The notes: generated from the letters alone by a model not told the origin. DNA of 64,000 nt from a virus (IMGVR_UViG_3300027839_000007:21546-85545); one strand, 5' to 3'. Positions 48,126-58,556 are shown, numbered from the stretch's first letter. Program-made: numbers and translations.

Positions 48126-48367
48126 TGCCATTACGACTGGAAATACTGGATGACAAAGGAAAGCCCCATCATATTCATGCGGGGCGTGTTGTAATATACG
48201 ATGGTATCACTGACACACCCATTTCCATTGCACACGAGTTTTCGCCAGGCATCTGTTTTGCGACATGCGCTGGTAACGAAGATTTTGAAATAACACTCAA
48301 AGCTCTTGGTGTTGATCGTACTGTGATCGTCGAGAAGATTGACCCAGATAACCTACCGAGGATTTAG
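48125..48367 (+). CDS. Hypothetical protein
   Basis: 80 aa ORF; TAATG overlap. Confidence 0.6.
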   Translation: MPLRLEILDDKGKPHHIHAGRVVIYDGITDTPISIAHEFSPGICFATCAGNEDFEITLKALGVDRTVIVEKIDPDNLPRI

Positions 48368-48446
48368 CTAGCACAGATTGACTTGGTGCGGGGCAGGGAT
48401 AGCTCAGCCGAGGAATTTCATTCCTGGTACTTACATGGAGAGTTGT

Positions 48447-49019
48447 ATGCCAAGCCGGAACGAGCCCGCGATTAGTTCGTGTTGTTTTGACCTGGAATGC
48501 AGTGCATTAACAGCCGATTTTGGGATTATCCTGGTGGCGGTCATAAAGGGACCAAATGAAGATCCAGTTGTGTTTCGTCTGGATGAGATGAACAAGGACT
48601 GGAAGACGAAGCGATCAGATGATTCCACCGTGGTACGGGCAGTTGCAGACGAGCTTTCCAAGTACGACATCTTGATTGCACATAACGGAATTAATTTTGA
48701 TTTGCCATTTTTGCGTACTCGGATGCTCCATCACGGCATGAAGTCGTTCCCTGAGAAGAAGGTGATTGATCCGGTACAGATCGCGCGTAAGCGCCTTCGA
48801 TTGTCACGTAACACTCTTGCCAAGGTGGCTGGCATTTCAAAAGCAGGAAAAAAGTACTACACCGACGCTGAAGTGTGGATCAAAGCCACGCTCGACGGTG
48901 ACAGGAAATCAATGGACGAAATCGTAGAACATTGCAAGCAGGACGTGATTTTGCTTGAGCGTATTGTGCATCACATAAAGGACTACAGTCCTACCTTTAA
49001 TGCGTGGGGATCAGCCTGA
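48447..49019 (+). CDS. RNase H-fold 3'-5' exonuclease (DEDD, YprB/PolB-exo-like)
   Basis: FDLEC (ExoI), HNGINFDLPFL (ExoII), HCKQDV (ExoIII). Confidence 0.85.
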   Translation: MPSRNEPAISSCCFDLECSALTADFGIILVAVIKGPNEDPVVFRLDEMNKDWKTKRSDDSTVVRAVADELSKYDILIAHNGINFDLPFLRTRMLHHGMKSFPEKKVIDPVQIARKRLRLSRNTLAKVAGISKAGKKYYTDAEVWIKATLDGDRKSMDEIVEHCKQDVILLERIVHHIKDYSPTFNAWGSA

Positions 49020-50968
49020 TGGCGCCACATATCAATTGGAAGTTGTTCGGCACCGCAGCCGAAAATGTTGAGAAGCAGGCTGCTGGTATGGCTGACATGT
49101 TTTCCAGTGCAATTAAGGGTACGGGTGCGGCGATGGGGGCGCCTGCCAGGCCCAGCGTGCAATCAAAGCTGGGTGTTCCAAGAGTTGCCGCACTTGATAT
49201 TGATAACACCCCTCCCCCACCTTCAGTCAAACCGATTGTTGTACCGCCTTCGACCGCACGCGTATCTGACCCCGTAGACCCCACCAGTCAACAGGGCCGT
49301 GTTTTAAGTTCACCTAGCCCTACATCCCCTGCAGCTCCTGCAGCTCAACCAGCACCTGGTGGTGGGCAGTTTCCGCCCGGCGGCGGGATTACAGGGCCTA
49401 CTTCGCAAAGCTTCATTGAGACCCTCAACCGGCCTCTGACACATAGCGAAGCTGACGGGCCAAACGCGTACGATGGGAGCCCTGAAGGAAATTCTATGGC
49501 CGCTGCCCAGGGCCTTGATCCCAGCAAACCGCCGATGGTCGGCCCGCAGGGCCTTCCGGGGCCAGTTCCTGGTGGCCCTGGCACCACTCCGGTTAATCCT
49601 GGTGTCCCCGCGCCAGCAGCACCTGGTGGCGGTGCAGCGCCCGCGGCTCCTGGTGGTGGCTATATCCCTGGCGACAACCCCCTCCCGAACAAGACTCCCG
49701 CACCACCTCCGGCTCCTGCTGAACCTCCTCCGGGCGTATCTCCTGAACAGGCCAAAACTGGCCCGGACGGGGTGGAGGGTACGTCCGACGATGACTTCTG
49801 GAAGAAGCAAAAATCGTGGTGGTCCGAGAGACCGCAGAGACCAAAAGCACCACAATCGCAGCAAGGCGGCGGATTCGGCCCCCAGATTATGCAGTACATT
49901 CGGAGTATGTTCGGCCCCGGCGGTGGCGGTGGCGGTGGTGGCGGTAGACTGCCGCAGTATCCGGGCGCATGGCCTGGCATGACGATGCCGCAGTGGCCAG
50001 GTGGCGGCGGTGGTGGTTGGCCAGGTGGCGGCGGTGGTGGTTGGCCGCAACAGCAACAGCAACAGCAACAGCCGTGGAACGCCAGCCGTGAAGATATTGA
50101 AGCGTGGATGAAGAATATGCCAACGCGCGGAGGCGGCGCTCCAGCTGCTCCAGCTGCGCAAGCTGCTCCGTCTAATGCACCGGGTGCTACTGCACCAGCT
50201 CCTCCAACACCCCCGGCGGCATCTCTGGCACCTGCTGCGACCACGTCGATGGCTGAGACGATGGGCGTGCAGCAGCCACCTAGTGGACGACAACCGTCAG
50301 GAACTCGGGTTCCAGGCGCCCCGGAAGGTCCGGAAGGTGGACGGATGGAAGATATGCCGAAACCCGTTGAGCCGGAAGGTTTTGGATTCCGGAGTGAAGG
50401 ACAGCCGCCTCCGGAAGCTCCGGGTCCTCTTGATCCAGGTGGCGAGCAGCAGCCACCGTTACAACCAGCCGCTGGCGGTGAGATGTTCGATGAAGGGTCC
50501 GAGGAGCTAGCACAAAATCCTCCGGGTTCCGCGGGCCCCGAGCAGATGCCAGCCAAACCAAAGCAATCTCCTTACTTCTATCAGAACCCACCTCGGACGA
50601 GCGGCATGGACCGTTTCTCCGAGGATACGGAAAGAGAAGAAGAGTACGGGCCGGGTTTCCCACGAGAAGTCTCAGACTCTTACAAGGACCAGGAGACTCC
50701 GGCATCTCCGCCAGCACCTCCCAAGCCCCGAGATCTTCCTAGGGATCAAGCGCAGTCTGGCGACCTAGGCGCAGCGATGAGGGAAATGGGTGAATCGCCG
50801 GACTCTCGTGAAAAACCACAAGGTGGTAGGGGTGGTCGCACGACCATGGACTACCGGCCCGATGAAGACGCGGGTGGTCGCCAAGAGCTCGGCGCTGATC
50901 CGAATCAGTGGAACGAGCAGCAATGGATGGATGATCTTCGAAAGGATCAGAAACGGAATCCTCTATAG
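49019..50968 (+). CDS. Pro/Gly-rich disordered putative virion protein
   Basis: EKQAA near the N-terminus; WPGGGGGG and polyQ tracts. Confidence 0.6.
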   Translation: MAPHINWKLFGTAAENVEKQAAGMADMFSSAIKGTGAAMGAPARPSVQSKLGVPRVAALDIDNTPPPPSVKPIVVPPSTARVSDPVDPTSQQGRVLSSPSPTSPAAPAAQPAPGGGQFPPGGGITGPTSQSFIETLNRPLTHSEADGPNAYDGSPEGNSMAAAQGLDPSKPPMVGPQGLPGPVPGGPGTTPVNPGVPAPAAPGGGAAPAAPGGGYIPGDNPLPNKTPAPPPAPAEPPPGVSPEQAKTGPDGVEGTSDDDFWKKQKSWWSERPQRPKAPQSQQGGGFGPQIMQYIRSMFGPGGGGGGGGGRLPQYPGAWPGMTMPQWPGGGGGGWPGGGGGGWPQQQQQQQQPWNASREDIEAWMKNMPTRGGGAPAAPAAQAAPSNAPGATAPAPPTPPAASLAPAATTSMAETMGVQQPPSGRQPSGTRVPGAPEGPEGGRMEDMPKPVEPEGFGFRSEGQPPPEAPGPLDPGGEQQPPLQPAAGGEMFDEGSEELAQNPPGSAGPEQMPAKPKQSPYFYQNPPRTSGMDRFSEDTEREEEYGPGFPREVSDSYKDQETPASPPAPPKPRDLPRDQAQSGDLGAAMREMGESPDSREKPQGGRGGRTTMDYRPDEDAGGRQELGADPNQWNEQQWMDDLRKDQKRNPL

Positions 50969-50979
50969 GTTAAGCACGG

Positions 50980-52833
50980 ATGCTTCAAACTACAGCCGGA
51001 CAACTTCTGGTAAACGAATTACTGCCTGAGGATCTCCGTGATTACAACCGGACCTTGGACAAGAAGGGTATCTCCGTACTTCTGCGCGGGATGGCTGACG
51101 GGTACCCGCAGCGTTATCGGGAACTTGTGAAAGAGCTGTCTGACGTTGGACGCGACGTGGCTTACTCAACTGGTGGCTTTTCATTTGGGTTGAAGCACCT
51201 GCGAAAGTCGCGCGCGGCTATCAACGCTTACGGTAAGTTATCGCTCAAGTTGTCGCAGATAGTTGATGATCCGCGACTGGACGATAAGCGCAAGGAAGAG
51301 GAAATTATTAAGGCAACTGCGAAGGCTGCGGAAAAGTTACCCGATGAGATTTACAACGAGGGTGTTGCAGCAGGTAATCCCTTGGCAGACCAGGTCCGGT
51401 CCGGTTCACGCGGTAACAAGAGTAACCTGCGCACACTGCTCGGCAGCGACGCGCTTTATGTGGACAACGAAGATAACGTCATCCCTGTACCTGTCCTCCG
51501 TAGTTATTCAGAAGGTTTGACTCCTGTAGAGTATTGGGCCGGTACGTTTGGCGCGCGTAAAGGAGTCATTGACGTTAAAACAGCAACCGGCGAAGCCGGT
51601 TACCTGGCGAAACAGCTTAACCAGATGACACACCGGCTCATCGTTACTGGATTGGATGGCAAAGGGAATCCAAACATCGGACTCCCAGTGGACGTTGACG
51701 ATAATGACAACGAGGGCGCGCTACTGGCCGCCAGCGCGGGTAGGTACAAACGTAACACCATCCTGACCCCCAAGATTCTTGCAGACATCAAGAGCCAGGG
51801 TCACGATCGCATCCTGGTTAGGAGTCCGCTGGTTGGCGGCCCCCTGGACGGCGGAGTATATGCTCGTGATGTCGGTGTTAGGGAAAGAGGTGGACTTGCC
51901 CCTGTTGGTGATTATGTCGGTATGGCTGCTGCACAGGCACTTTCCGAAAACCTTACGCAGGGGCAGCTCAGCTCTAAACATACAGGCGGGGTATCCGGCG
52001 CAGCGCAGGCAGTCAGCGGGTTCAAATACATCAATCAACTCGTGCAGGTTCCCAAGCATTTCCGCGCAGGAGCTACGCACGCCCAGTTAGATGGAAGAGT
52101 ACGGAAGATAGAAAAAGCGCCGCAGGGAGGGAATTACGTTTGGGTTAATGATGAGCAGCATTACGTGGATACTGGATTCGACGTTACGGTTAAAGTTGGG
52201 GACAACGTGGAAGCGGGCGACGTAGTGTCGAGTGGCATTCCCAACCCAGCGGAAATTGTGCGACATAAGGGCGTGGGAGAGGGCAGACAGTATTTCGTTA
52301 AGTCATTCGGCGACGCATATTCGGCGTCGGGGCTGGGGGCACACCGACGCAATATTGAGTTACTTGCACGAGGGCTGATTAATCACGTGCGCTTGTCAGA
52401 TGAAGTGGGGGATTACGTCCCTGACGATGTTGTGCCTTACAGTTCCTTGGAGCACATCTACAAGCCGCGTGTTGGGTCAAAGATCAGCAATCCAAGTTCA
52501 GCCAAGGGGCGCTATCTTGAGCGGCCCGTACTGCATTACTCAATTGGTACCAAGATGCGTCCGAGTGTATTGAAGGAGCTAAAGCAATTTGGGATAAAGC
52601 AGGTCGAGACGCATCACGCACCAGCCCCATTCCAGCCTGAGATGGTTAGAGCAGCTGCGAGCATTTCCTACGATCCTGACTGGATGACACGGATGCTGGG
52701 CTCAGGTCAGAAGAAAAGTTTGCTGACAGCGGTGCATCGTGGTGGGACTAGCACTACCGAGGGCACCAGTTTTGTTCCGGCGCTGGCTGCCGGGGATACT
52801 TTTGGACGTAGTGGTTTAAGTAAGGGTATGTAA
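50980..52833 (+). CDS. DNA-directed RNA polymerase, C-terminal half of beta'
   Basis: TTAGQ, SGSRG, SYSEGLT..EY..GARKG..GYL (bridge helix), AAQALSE..TQ..KHTGG (trigger loop), NIELLARGL. Confidence 0.92.
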   Translation: MLQTTAGQLLVNELLPEDLRDYNRTLDKKGISVLLRGMADGYPQRYRELVKELSDVGRDVAYSTGGFSFGLKHLRKSRAAINAYGKLSLKLSQIVDDPRLDDKRKEEEIIKATAKAAEKLPDEIYNEGVAAGNPLADQVRSGSRGNKSNLRTLLGSDALYVDNEDNVIPVPVLRSYSEGLTPVEYWAGTFGARKGVIDVKTATGEAGYLAKQLNQMTHRLIVTGLDGKGNPNIGLPVDVDDNDNEGALLAASAGRYKRNTILTPKILADIKSQGHDRILVRSPLVGGPLDGGVYARDVGVRERGGLAPVGDYVGMAAAQALSENLTQGQLSSKHTGGVSGAAQAVSGFKYINQLVQVPKHFRAGATHAQLDGRVRKIEKAPQGGNYVWVNDEQHYVDTGFDVTVKVGDNVEAGDVVSSGIPNPAEIVRHKGVGEGRQYFVKSFGDAYSASGLGAHRRNIELLARGLINHVRLSDEVGDYVPDDVVPYSSLEHIYKPRVGSKISNPSSAKGRYLERPVLHYSIGTKMRPSVLKELKQFGIKQVETHHAPAPFQPEMVRAAASISYDPDWMTRMLGSGQKKSLLTAVHRGGTSTTEGTSFVPALAAGDTFGRSGLSKGM

Positions 52834-52835
52834 GT

Positions 52836-53294
52836 ATGTCACCCGCATCTTCACCTCCGGCTGTGCAACCGCCTGGGGCAACCGTTGCAGAAAACGCTCG
52901 TCCTAGCCAAGCTGTGCTGTCTACCGCTCCTTCTTCTTCATACAACGAACCAGGCTCACCGTCATCGATTTACAAGAATATTAACCCTCAACTGCTTCAG
53001 CAGCTTTACTCAACTTGGCAGCGCAGCCAGGGTAGTAATGCGCTACCGCGTGCCGATTCTGGTGTGCGGCCTGGCGGAGCTCCCGGCGCACCCCCCACGT
53101 TCAACCGGCTGGTCCCACGCAACAGCAATAACTTCTTCAAGCGGATACTTCCAATGCTTCCGCAGCTGATTCCGAAAGTTATGAACATGTACAAAGCAAT
53201 ACGTACGGACCCTGGAATGTTGAAGAAGTACCCCCAACTTGCTAACGCACCGAGCGCAAACTTGGCTAATCCCCCCGCTCCGAGCACACCGTAG
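52836..53294 (+). CDS. Pro-rich hypothetical protein
   Basis: 152 aa ORF abutting the upstream gene. Confidence 0.55.
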   Translation: MSPASSPPAVQPPGATVAENARPSQAVLSTAPSSSYNEPGSPSSIYKNINPQLLQQLYSTWQRSQGSNALPRADSGVRPGGAPGAPPTFNRLVPRNSNNFFKRILPMLPQLIPKVMNMYKAIRTDPGMLKKYPQLANAPSANLANPPAPSTP

Positions 53295-53400
53295 GCTGCT
53301 TTCCAGGTGTAGACATTTTTCGTAAACGGTAAAGTTGTTACCATGGACAACAGTCCCCGAACGGGACTACGTGTAATTCCAAGGATGGAGCGACGGTTAT

Positions 53401-55776
53401 ATGGCCAGGTCAGACGAAGGATCGATCGCCCACTGGCTGAATATTCTGCGTAGCAAGCAACTCGGTTTGGCTAAGACCGCCGAACTCGGTGGTGAAGGTA
53501 ACGACATACCCTTCGAGCAGGCTTTCTCTAACCTCGCGCATGCTTACCTGCGGGATAAGGCACCCAGCTTGCTGGACTACGAAGTTGGTTTTCAGCTGCT
53601 GGAGCGTAACCAGGACAACACCAAGGCCATTGGTGTGATGGCCTTCAAAGTCGGTCCCCAGTGGATTTATTCTCCAGTGTTCTTCCTGCGCGGGGAACTC
53701 AAGGGACACGAACTCCTGTACATGAAAGACAGGGATATGTTCGTGCCTCTGAAAGAGAACTGGTTGAATTACATCCTCAACAAGAAACCGAACGTGCTTG
53801 GTGACGGAGTTGATCGCAACTTGTCGCAGCTGGGTGTTACGTCGCCTGACCTGAGCCAGCTCGCATCCTCTCCGTACAAGCGCGCTGCTGCTTATCCAGA
53901 CTGGGTTGAGCAGGTGCTTCCTGTGTTTGCGTACATTGCGACGACGCCGCACAATCATCAGAGCAAGTTCAAAAATCTTCCTACGCTGCCTGACATGATC
54001 AAGGCGGCTGGCTTGCCTGGTGTGCAGTTCATGTGGAGTGTCGCCAAATCCTACCCCTCGGTGTTTAAGGCCGCGATTGATCTGCACGGCAATGCATTAC
54101 AAGAAGCCGTTGCACACGTACGGCGTGACGATGCAAGTGTTTTGCGCGGATCCGTAAAGACAGCCAGTTCCAAGCAGACTAGCGGCTCAGTGTTGCCCAG
54201 CCCGGTCACGCATCCAATTAAAACCGGCGCCTTGCGAATCATCACGTTTGATTACACTATCCAGAATGATTTACCCGCCGTCGATGACGATGACGATAAG
54301 CAGGACCTGCTCCGTGATGGCGTACTAATTAAAGACCAGCGGGAAGATGATGAAGTCTCTGTTGCTTATGCCACGAATGTAGAGAAGAAGCTGAGTAACC
54401 CATCTGAGAGCGGTCTTCACGACATGCTTTCCAAGACCGGCGACATTGAACGTTGCCTGGTTGTGCTTGGCCCCCGCGGCCCTAATGGTCGTGAGAACTT
54501 CAGTACCGTTGTACGCGTTGGCGAGGGTAAGAGCTGGTTGAACATTCATCCATCACATGTCTGGTCATTACACCAGGCTGACTGGGACGAGTATCGTAAA
54601 TGGTTTGAAGGTTTGTCTGGTTCTGACAGCTTGTCAAATGGTGCGACATACATTATTGTCGGCCCAAATGCTGCAGCCACGCTTCCGTTTGAAGTTAAGA
54701 AGTCCCTCGGCGACAGTAATTACGAGGTCAGGTTCGAGCGACATGCTAACAAGCATGAACCAGCACATAACACGGGCGCGCGACCGGACTCCAGTTATCA
54801 AAGTGACCGCGCGCATGGATATGATTCCTGGCGCGACGGGCAGCGTGTGCATCTGAATGCGAAGGATGGTAGCAAGCTGCGTTCATCTGGCGGTGATGTC
54901 TGGATCCCCGAGGGATTCAAGGTTATCAAGCTGAAGGATCCCCCGAAGTGGAAGCAGGATTTGCCCGACCACGAACACGACGGGCAGACTGATCCCGCGC
55001 CCATCCAACCCGGTAACTTGCTTGATGCCGAGCTGGCTATCATGGGTAAGACTGCTGAACTCAGCATCTATACTGATGGACTGGAAGTAGAGATCAACGG
55101 CAGGCGCATGCAGCCCACGCAGGCGCTCATTTCACTGGTGCGTGATCACGGTTTTCGTGAGCAGCAGTCACGTGAGTTGCTCAAGCGCGCGGAACGGCAG
55201 ACCAAGATCCGGTGCCGGGTGAACTATGCTGATTACGTGAAAAAGGCACAGGATCCTATGCTGGGCTTTGGTCCCGGCGCGCCTACCATCCCGGAACCGC
55301 CGCGAGGTTCCAACGATATCATGGGCGGAACTGTTCCGGCTATCTATCCACAAGAAACAGAAACGCCGGTTACCGGGATGACGATGGGGTCACCTACTGA
55401 TTATGACCTCACGGCTACCCCTGATCCGATGGCTATGCAGGCTGCTCAACAGGCTGCGCAGACTGGTCAGAAGGAAGTCTTTGATACTGCCATCATTGGC
55501 GGCATGCTCAAGGCAGTTCGACAGGATACGATGGTTGATCGTTATCTGTCTGACCTGATGAAGGGCATGGACCGTGTTGGTCGTATCTTGTTTATGTTCT
55601 ACTGGCACCAGGATGATTTTTCTGACCGTTACGGCAAGTCTGACCTACCTGAACTGGAAGACAGTTTGCGTAATTCGTTTGAAGCTCTGGGAGACCTTGT
55701 GCTATTCCTGAAGCAGAAGAGTATTGAAGCACCGGAAGATACTGGTGTGGATCTTTCAGAGGTAGCAGATAGCTAA
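53401..55776 (+). CDS. Putative virion structural protein (791 aa)
   Basis: Long ORF in the head module; AKTA, YKRA, VKTAS, GKTA, VKKA motifs. Confidence 0.65.
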   Translation: MARSDEGSIAHWLNILRSKQLGLAKTAELGGEGNDIPFEQAFSNLAHAYLRDKAPSLLDYEVGFQLLERNQDNTKAIGVMAFKVGPQWIYSPVFFLRGELKGHELLYMKDRDMFVPLKENWLNYILNKKPNVLGDGVDRNLSQLGVTSPDLSQLASSPYKRAAAYPDWVEQVLPVFAYIATTPHNHQSKFKNLPTLPDMIKAAGLPGVQFMWSVAKSYPSVFKAAIDLHGNALQEAVAHVRRDDASVLRGSVKTASSKQTSGSVLPSPVTHPIKTGALRIITFDYTIQNDLPAVDDDDDKQDLLRDGVLIKDQREDDEVSVAYATNVEKKLSNPSESGLHDMLSKTGDIERCLVVLGPRGPNGRENFSTVVRVGEGKSWLNIHPSHVWSLHQADWDEYRKWFEGLSGSDSLSNGATYIIVGPNAAATLPFEVKKSLGDSNYEVRFERHANKHEPAHNTGARPDSSYQSDRAHGYDSWRDGQRVHLNAKDGSKLRSSGGDVWIPEGFKVIKLKDPPKWKQDLPDHEHDGQTDPAPIQPGNLLDAELAIMGKTAELSIYTDGLEVEINGRRMQPTQALISLVRDHGFREQQSRELLKRAERQTKIRCRVNYADYVKKAQDPMLGFGPGAPTIPEPPRGSNDIMGGTVPAIYPQETETPVTGMTMGSPTDYDLTATPDPMAMQAAQQAAQTGQKEVFDTAIIGGMLKAVRQDTMVDRYLSDLMKGMDRVGRILFMFYWHQDDFSDRYGKSDLPELEDSLRNSFEALGDLVLFLKQKSIEAPEDTGVDLSEVADS

Positions 55777-55806
55777 TCGGTCACTAGGCGTCTCGGGAGA
55801 GAATTC

Positions 55807-56247
55807 GTGGACAAACTCATTGAAGCGCGGTACACATTCAGTAACATTGCAACGTTGATCGTCCCGAGCACCATCGTTTCCCCTTTTTCGACTTTCTCGG
55901 CATTGAGTTTTCCGCCAGAGGCGCAGATTGAAAAAATCGTTGTGACCGAGACTACCGCGAACACGGCCACTGGTGATGGTAGGCCCACGTTCACTGTTGA
56001 TGTATTTAATTCCGCAGCTGCTGAGGGTAAGGTCGCGAAAGTTAAGTCTCTCTACAAGGTCGTACCAAGCCAGGCGGGTAACAGTGAAGTGATGGAGTTG
56101 TTCATCCAAAATGGCGGGGCGTACCGTAACATCGAGGGCGGTGACTCTGCGCCGGTTAGCAAAATCTATGTTGAGCTGACTTTAACTGCTGCACCTGCCG
56201 CGGATGCTCTCTTTGATGTGGCTATTGGAGCAGTCATACCTAACTAA
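55807..56247 (+). CDS. Hypothetical beta-rich, possibly structural protein
   Basis: 146 aa ORF. Confidence 0.6.
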   Translation: MDKLIEARYTFSNIATLIVPSTIVSPFSTFSALSFPPEAQIEKIVVTETTANTATGDGRPTFTVDVFNSAAAEGKVAKVKSLYKVVPSQAGNSEVMELFIQNGGAYRNIEGGDSAPVSKIYVELTLTAAPAADALFDVAIGAVIPN

Positions 56248-57179
56248 TGACAACGTTCCTTAAAGACAATCCTCGACGACCGGCCGATTGGAGATGGCAG
56301 CGCGCCTCATCCATGGTGGAGGACGGGGAACGTCTGAGCCGTAAACGTGACGACGAGTGGACACGTAAGTCTGTGCATTTCCTGCGCGCGTTTGATAACT
56401 GTGAAACAGATACACACCGTAGAGCACTAGCTGAATCAGATTCGGACATGTACTGGGCTTACGACATCTACCAGGCTGAGGGTGACCCGACTCGCATAGA
56501 GCTGGAAGCCAGGTTGTTGGCCCATGATGATTATGAGAACATTTCGAAAAGTCTGTGTCTTTCTGTCAAAGCTGTCGATGCTTATGAACAGGTGTTTTTC
56601 AACATTGCCGACAGGTACGAAAACAGCGGCTACATTTTCCACCAGATCATTGGCCGCGCCATGCATCGCGGCCTGTCTGAGCGAGAGTTTGAGGCGCTTT
56701 GGAAACTGTATGGCTACTTGTACGGTCCGCGCATGCTAGAATCCCTGATCTCACAATCGATCAACGTGACGAAGCCGCAGGATGCCAAATCAGTGGAAGC
56801 GGCATGGCGTGATGATGGCAAGCATTCCTTGTTGCGTAAGCAGGCAATTGCTGCCAGAACTATTCCGGTTAACAACTTCACCCAGACTGAGATTCTTAGC
56901 TTGTACGCCAAGTTCGTAGAAGTTGAGAAGGGAATGAATATCTCTCAGACAGACAGTACGATTGCCGCGAATATTGAGGCGATGGTAGCCTCTCTTCCGT
57001 GGGGGGTGGGGCGAAGAGTGATCGGAGTAGACACACCTGCTGTTGCAGCGCACGACACTAACGCGGCTGAACTACGAGACGAGGAAATGCTCCAGTTAGC
57101 TGTTGGAGAGGTTCCAGCTGACATGGACAATATCGCGAACCTATCTTTTCCGGAAGTGAAATCCGATGAAAAGAATTAG
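56247..57179 (+). CDS. Hypothetical protein
   Basis: 310 aa ORF; RPADWRW N-terminal motif. Confidence 0.7.
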   Translation: MTTFLKDNPRRPADWRWQRASSMVEDGERLSRKRDDEWTRKSVHFLRAFDNCETDTHRRALAESDSDMYWAYDIYQAEGDPTRIELEARLLAHDDYENISKSLCLSVKAVDAYEQVFFNIADRYENSGYIFHQIIGRAMHRGLSEREFEALWKLYGYLYGPRMLESLISQSINVTKPQDAKSVEAAWRDDGKHSLLRKQAIAARTIPVNNFTQTEILSLYAKFVEVEKGMNISQTDSTIAANIEAMVASLPWGVGRRVIGVDTPAVAAHDTNAAELRDEEMLQLAVGEVPADMDNIANLSFPEVKSDEKN

Positions 57180-58542
57180 TAAGGAAGCGGAAGCCCAAGT
57201 ACTGGATGCGCTTGGCACGGTTGCCAACCTCGTGAATGAGGTAGACGACCCAAACAAGGCCATCATCAAGGCAGCTACGGAATACAACATTCCTGCTGGC
57301 CACATCAACCTGATGGTATTGGCGTACAACACGGGCCGAACGAATAAACAGCGTTTGGCTGCGGATGACCCCGCGGAGAAATCAGCATCATTCGTGCTGG
57401 CTGATCCAAAGGTCATCATGGAGGCGCTATACCCGTCAGAGGTGAAAACCAAGGCAGAGGAGAAGCGGTCATCTGTTGTGTCCGCAGATTACTCTCGGCC
57501 TCCGGTATTTGCCCAGCGCAAGTCTTCAGCGATGAAGGCGGCACGCTATGTTGATTGGAAACTGTCGGACAAGCCCGAACAGTATGCCAACGACCCGAAG
57601 GAAGCGTCGGCTCGTGCATACAATTCGTCATTGTTCAACAAGCAGCGGGTGCAGTCATGCCGTCGCGAGTTATCGCACGCGCGCGATACCCTGGCACGCT
57701 ACTTTGAGAAACTGGGCGCATACTTCCGCACGCCGGGTAGCTTTTCCTTTGCGGACCTGTCACCGGTGGTGGCTATTCAGCATGGTGGCGTAGGTAAAGC
57801 TGTCATGAAGCAGGTTGCCAGGGCAGCTCCGCTTATAGAAAAACAAGGTGCCAGTGGTAGACTTATCAATGTCTCTGCGGATGTTGAGCCGTTTACCACG
57901 ATTACTGCTTGCGTGAAGCTGGCCAAGGAGCTGGCTACCCGTGAGAAAGACTACAGCCACCTGGTTGAAATTGTCGAGAAGCGCGCCAAGGAGAAACTCT
58001 CCCCTTTTGTGCACGCCCCGGGTTCGCAGTCGGTTTTGGGAACTCCGTCCTCGGGGAACGTTATCACGGAAAAAGCAGCAGCGGCCACAGGGATGCGTAA
58101 CGTGATTGGTCTTGCGGCCATCTCTAACTTGGCCGGTGGAATTGCAGAGGGACAGCGGTCAGGCGAGGAGTCTGCCCGTAAAAAATTTGAATCGCAGGTC
58201 AATACGTTCACCGACCAGCTGGCCGATCCATCGCATGAATTGGATCTGAAACGAATTCGGTCACGTGCGATGTTAGAGGACTTACTGTCTAACGATCCTG
58301 TTATTAGTGGCTACGGGTCGGAGGATGTGCTTCAAGCTTATAACGATATCGTAGAAATGGCGCCGCGTGCCGCGGACCAGCGTATGCTGCTACAGGGACT
58401 GTTGCGTCGTCACTTGGCTGGAGAGATGTCGACCGACCCATTTGATGTGCAGCAAAATATCCTCGGGTCGGAGAAGTTGTTGGCGGAGCGGGATGTTGAT
58501 CCAAAAGCTTTTGGCATCGTTCCCGGTCAAGTACAGATTTAG
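57166..58542 (+). CDS. Putative virion protein
   Basis: EKSAS, EKQG, EKAAA motifs; position in the head module. Confidence 0.65.
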   Translation: MKRISKEAEAQVLDALGTVANLVNEVDDPNKAIIKAATEYNIPAGHINLMVLAYNTGRTNKQRLAADDPAEKSASFVLADPKVIMEALYPSEVKTKAEEKRSSVVSADYSRPPVFAQRKSSAMKAARYVDWKLSDKPEQYANDPKEASARAYNSSLFNKQRVQSCRRELSHARDTLARYFEKLGAYFRTPGSFSFADLSPVVAIQHGGVGKAVMKQVARAAPLIEKQGASGRLINVSADVEPFTTITACVKLAKELATREKDYSHLVEIVEKRAKEKLSPFVHAPGSQSVLGTPSSGNVITEKAAAATGMRNVIGLAAISNLAGGIAEGQRSGEESARKKFESQVNTFTDQLADPSHELDLKRIRSRAMLEDLLSNDPVISGYGSEDVLQAYNDIVEMAPRAADQRMLLQGLLRRHLAGEMSTDPFDVQQNILGSEKLLAERDVDPKAFGIVPGQVQI

Positions 58543-58556
58543 TTGGAACGCAATTC

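Noticed and set aside
42898-52833. Cellular rpoBC operon, with ftsZ at 9182, implying a bacterial chromosome
   Set aside because: No rplL/rpsL or dcw neighbours, strong divergence, and a context of portal, prohead protease and single-strand phage-like gene packing. Gene symbols were therefore withheld.
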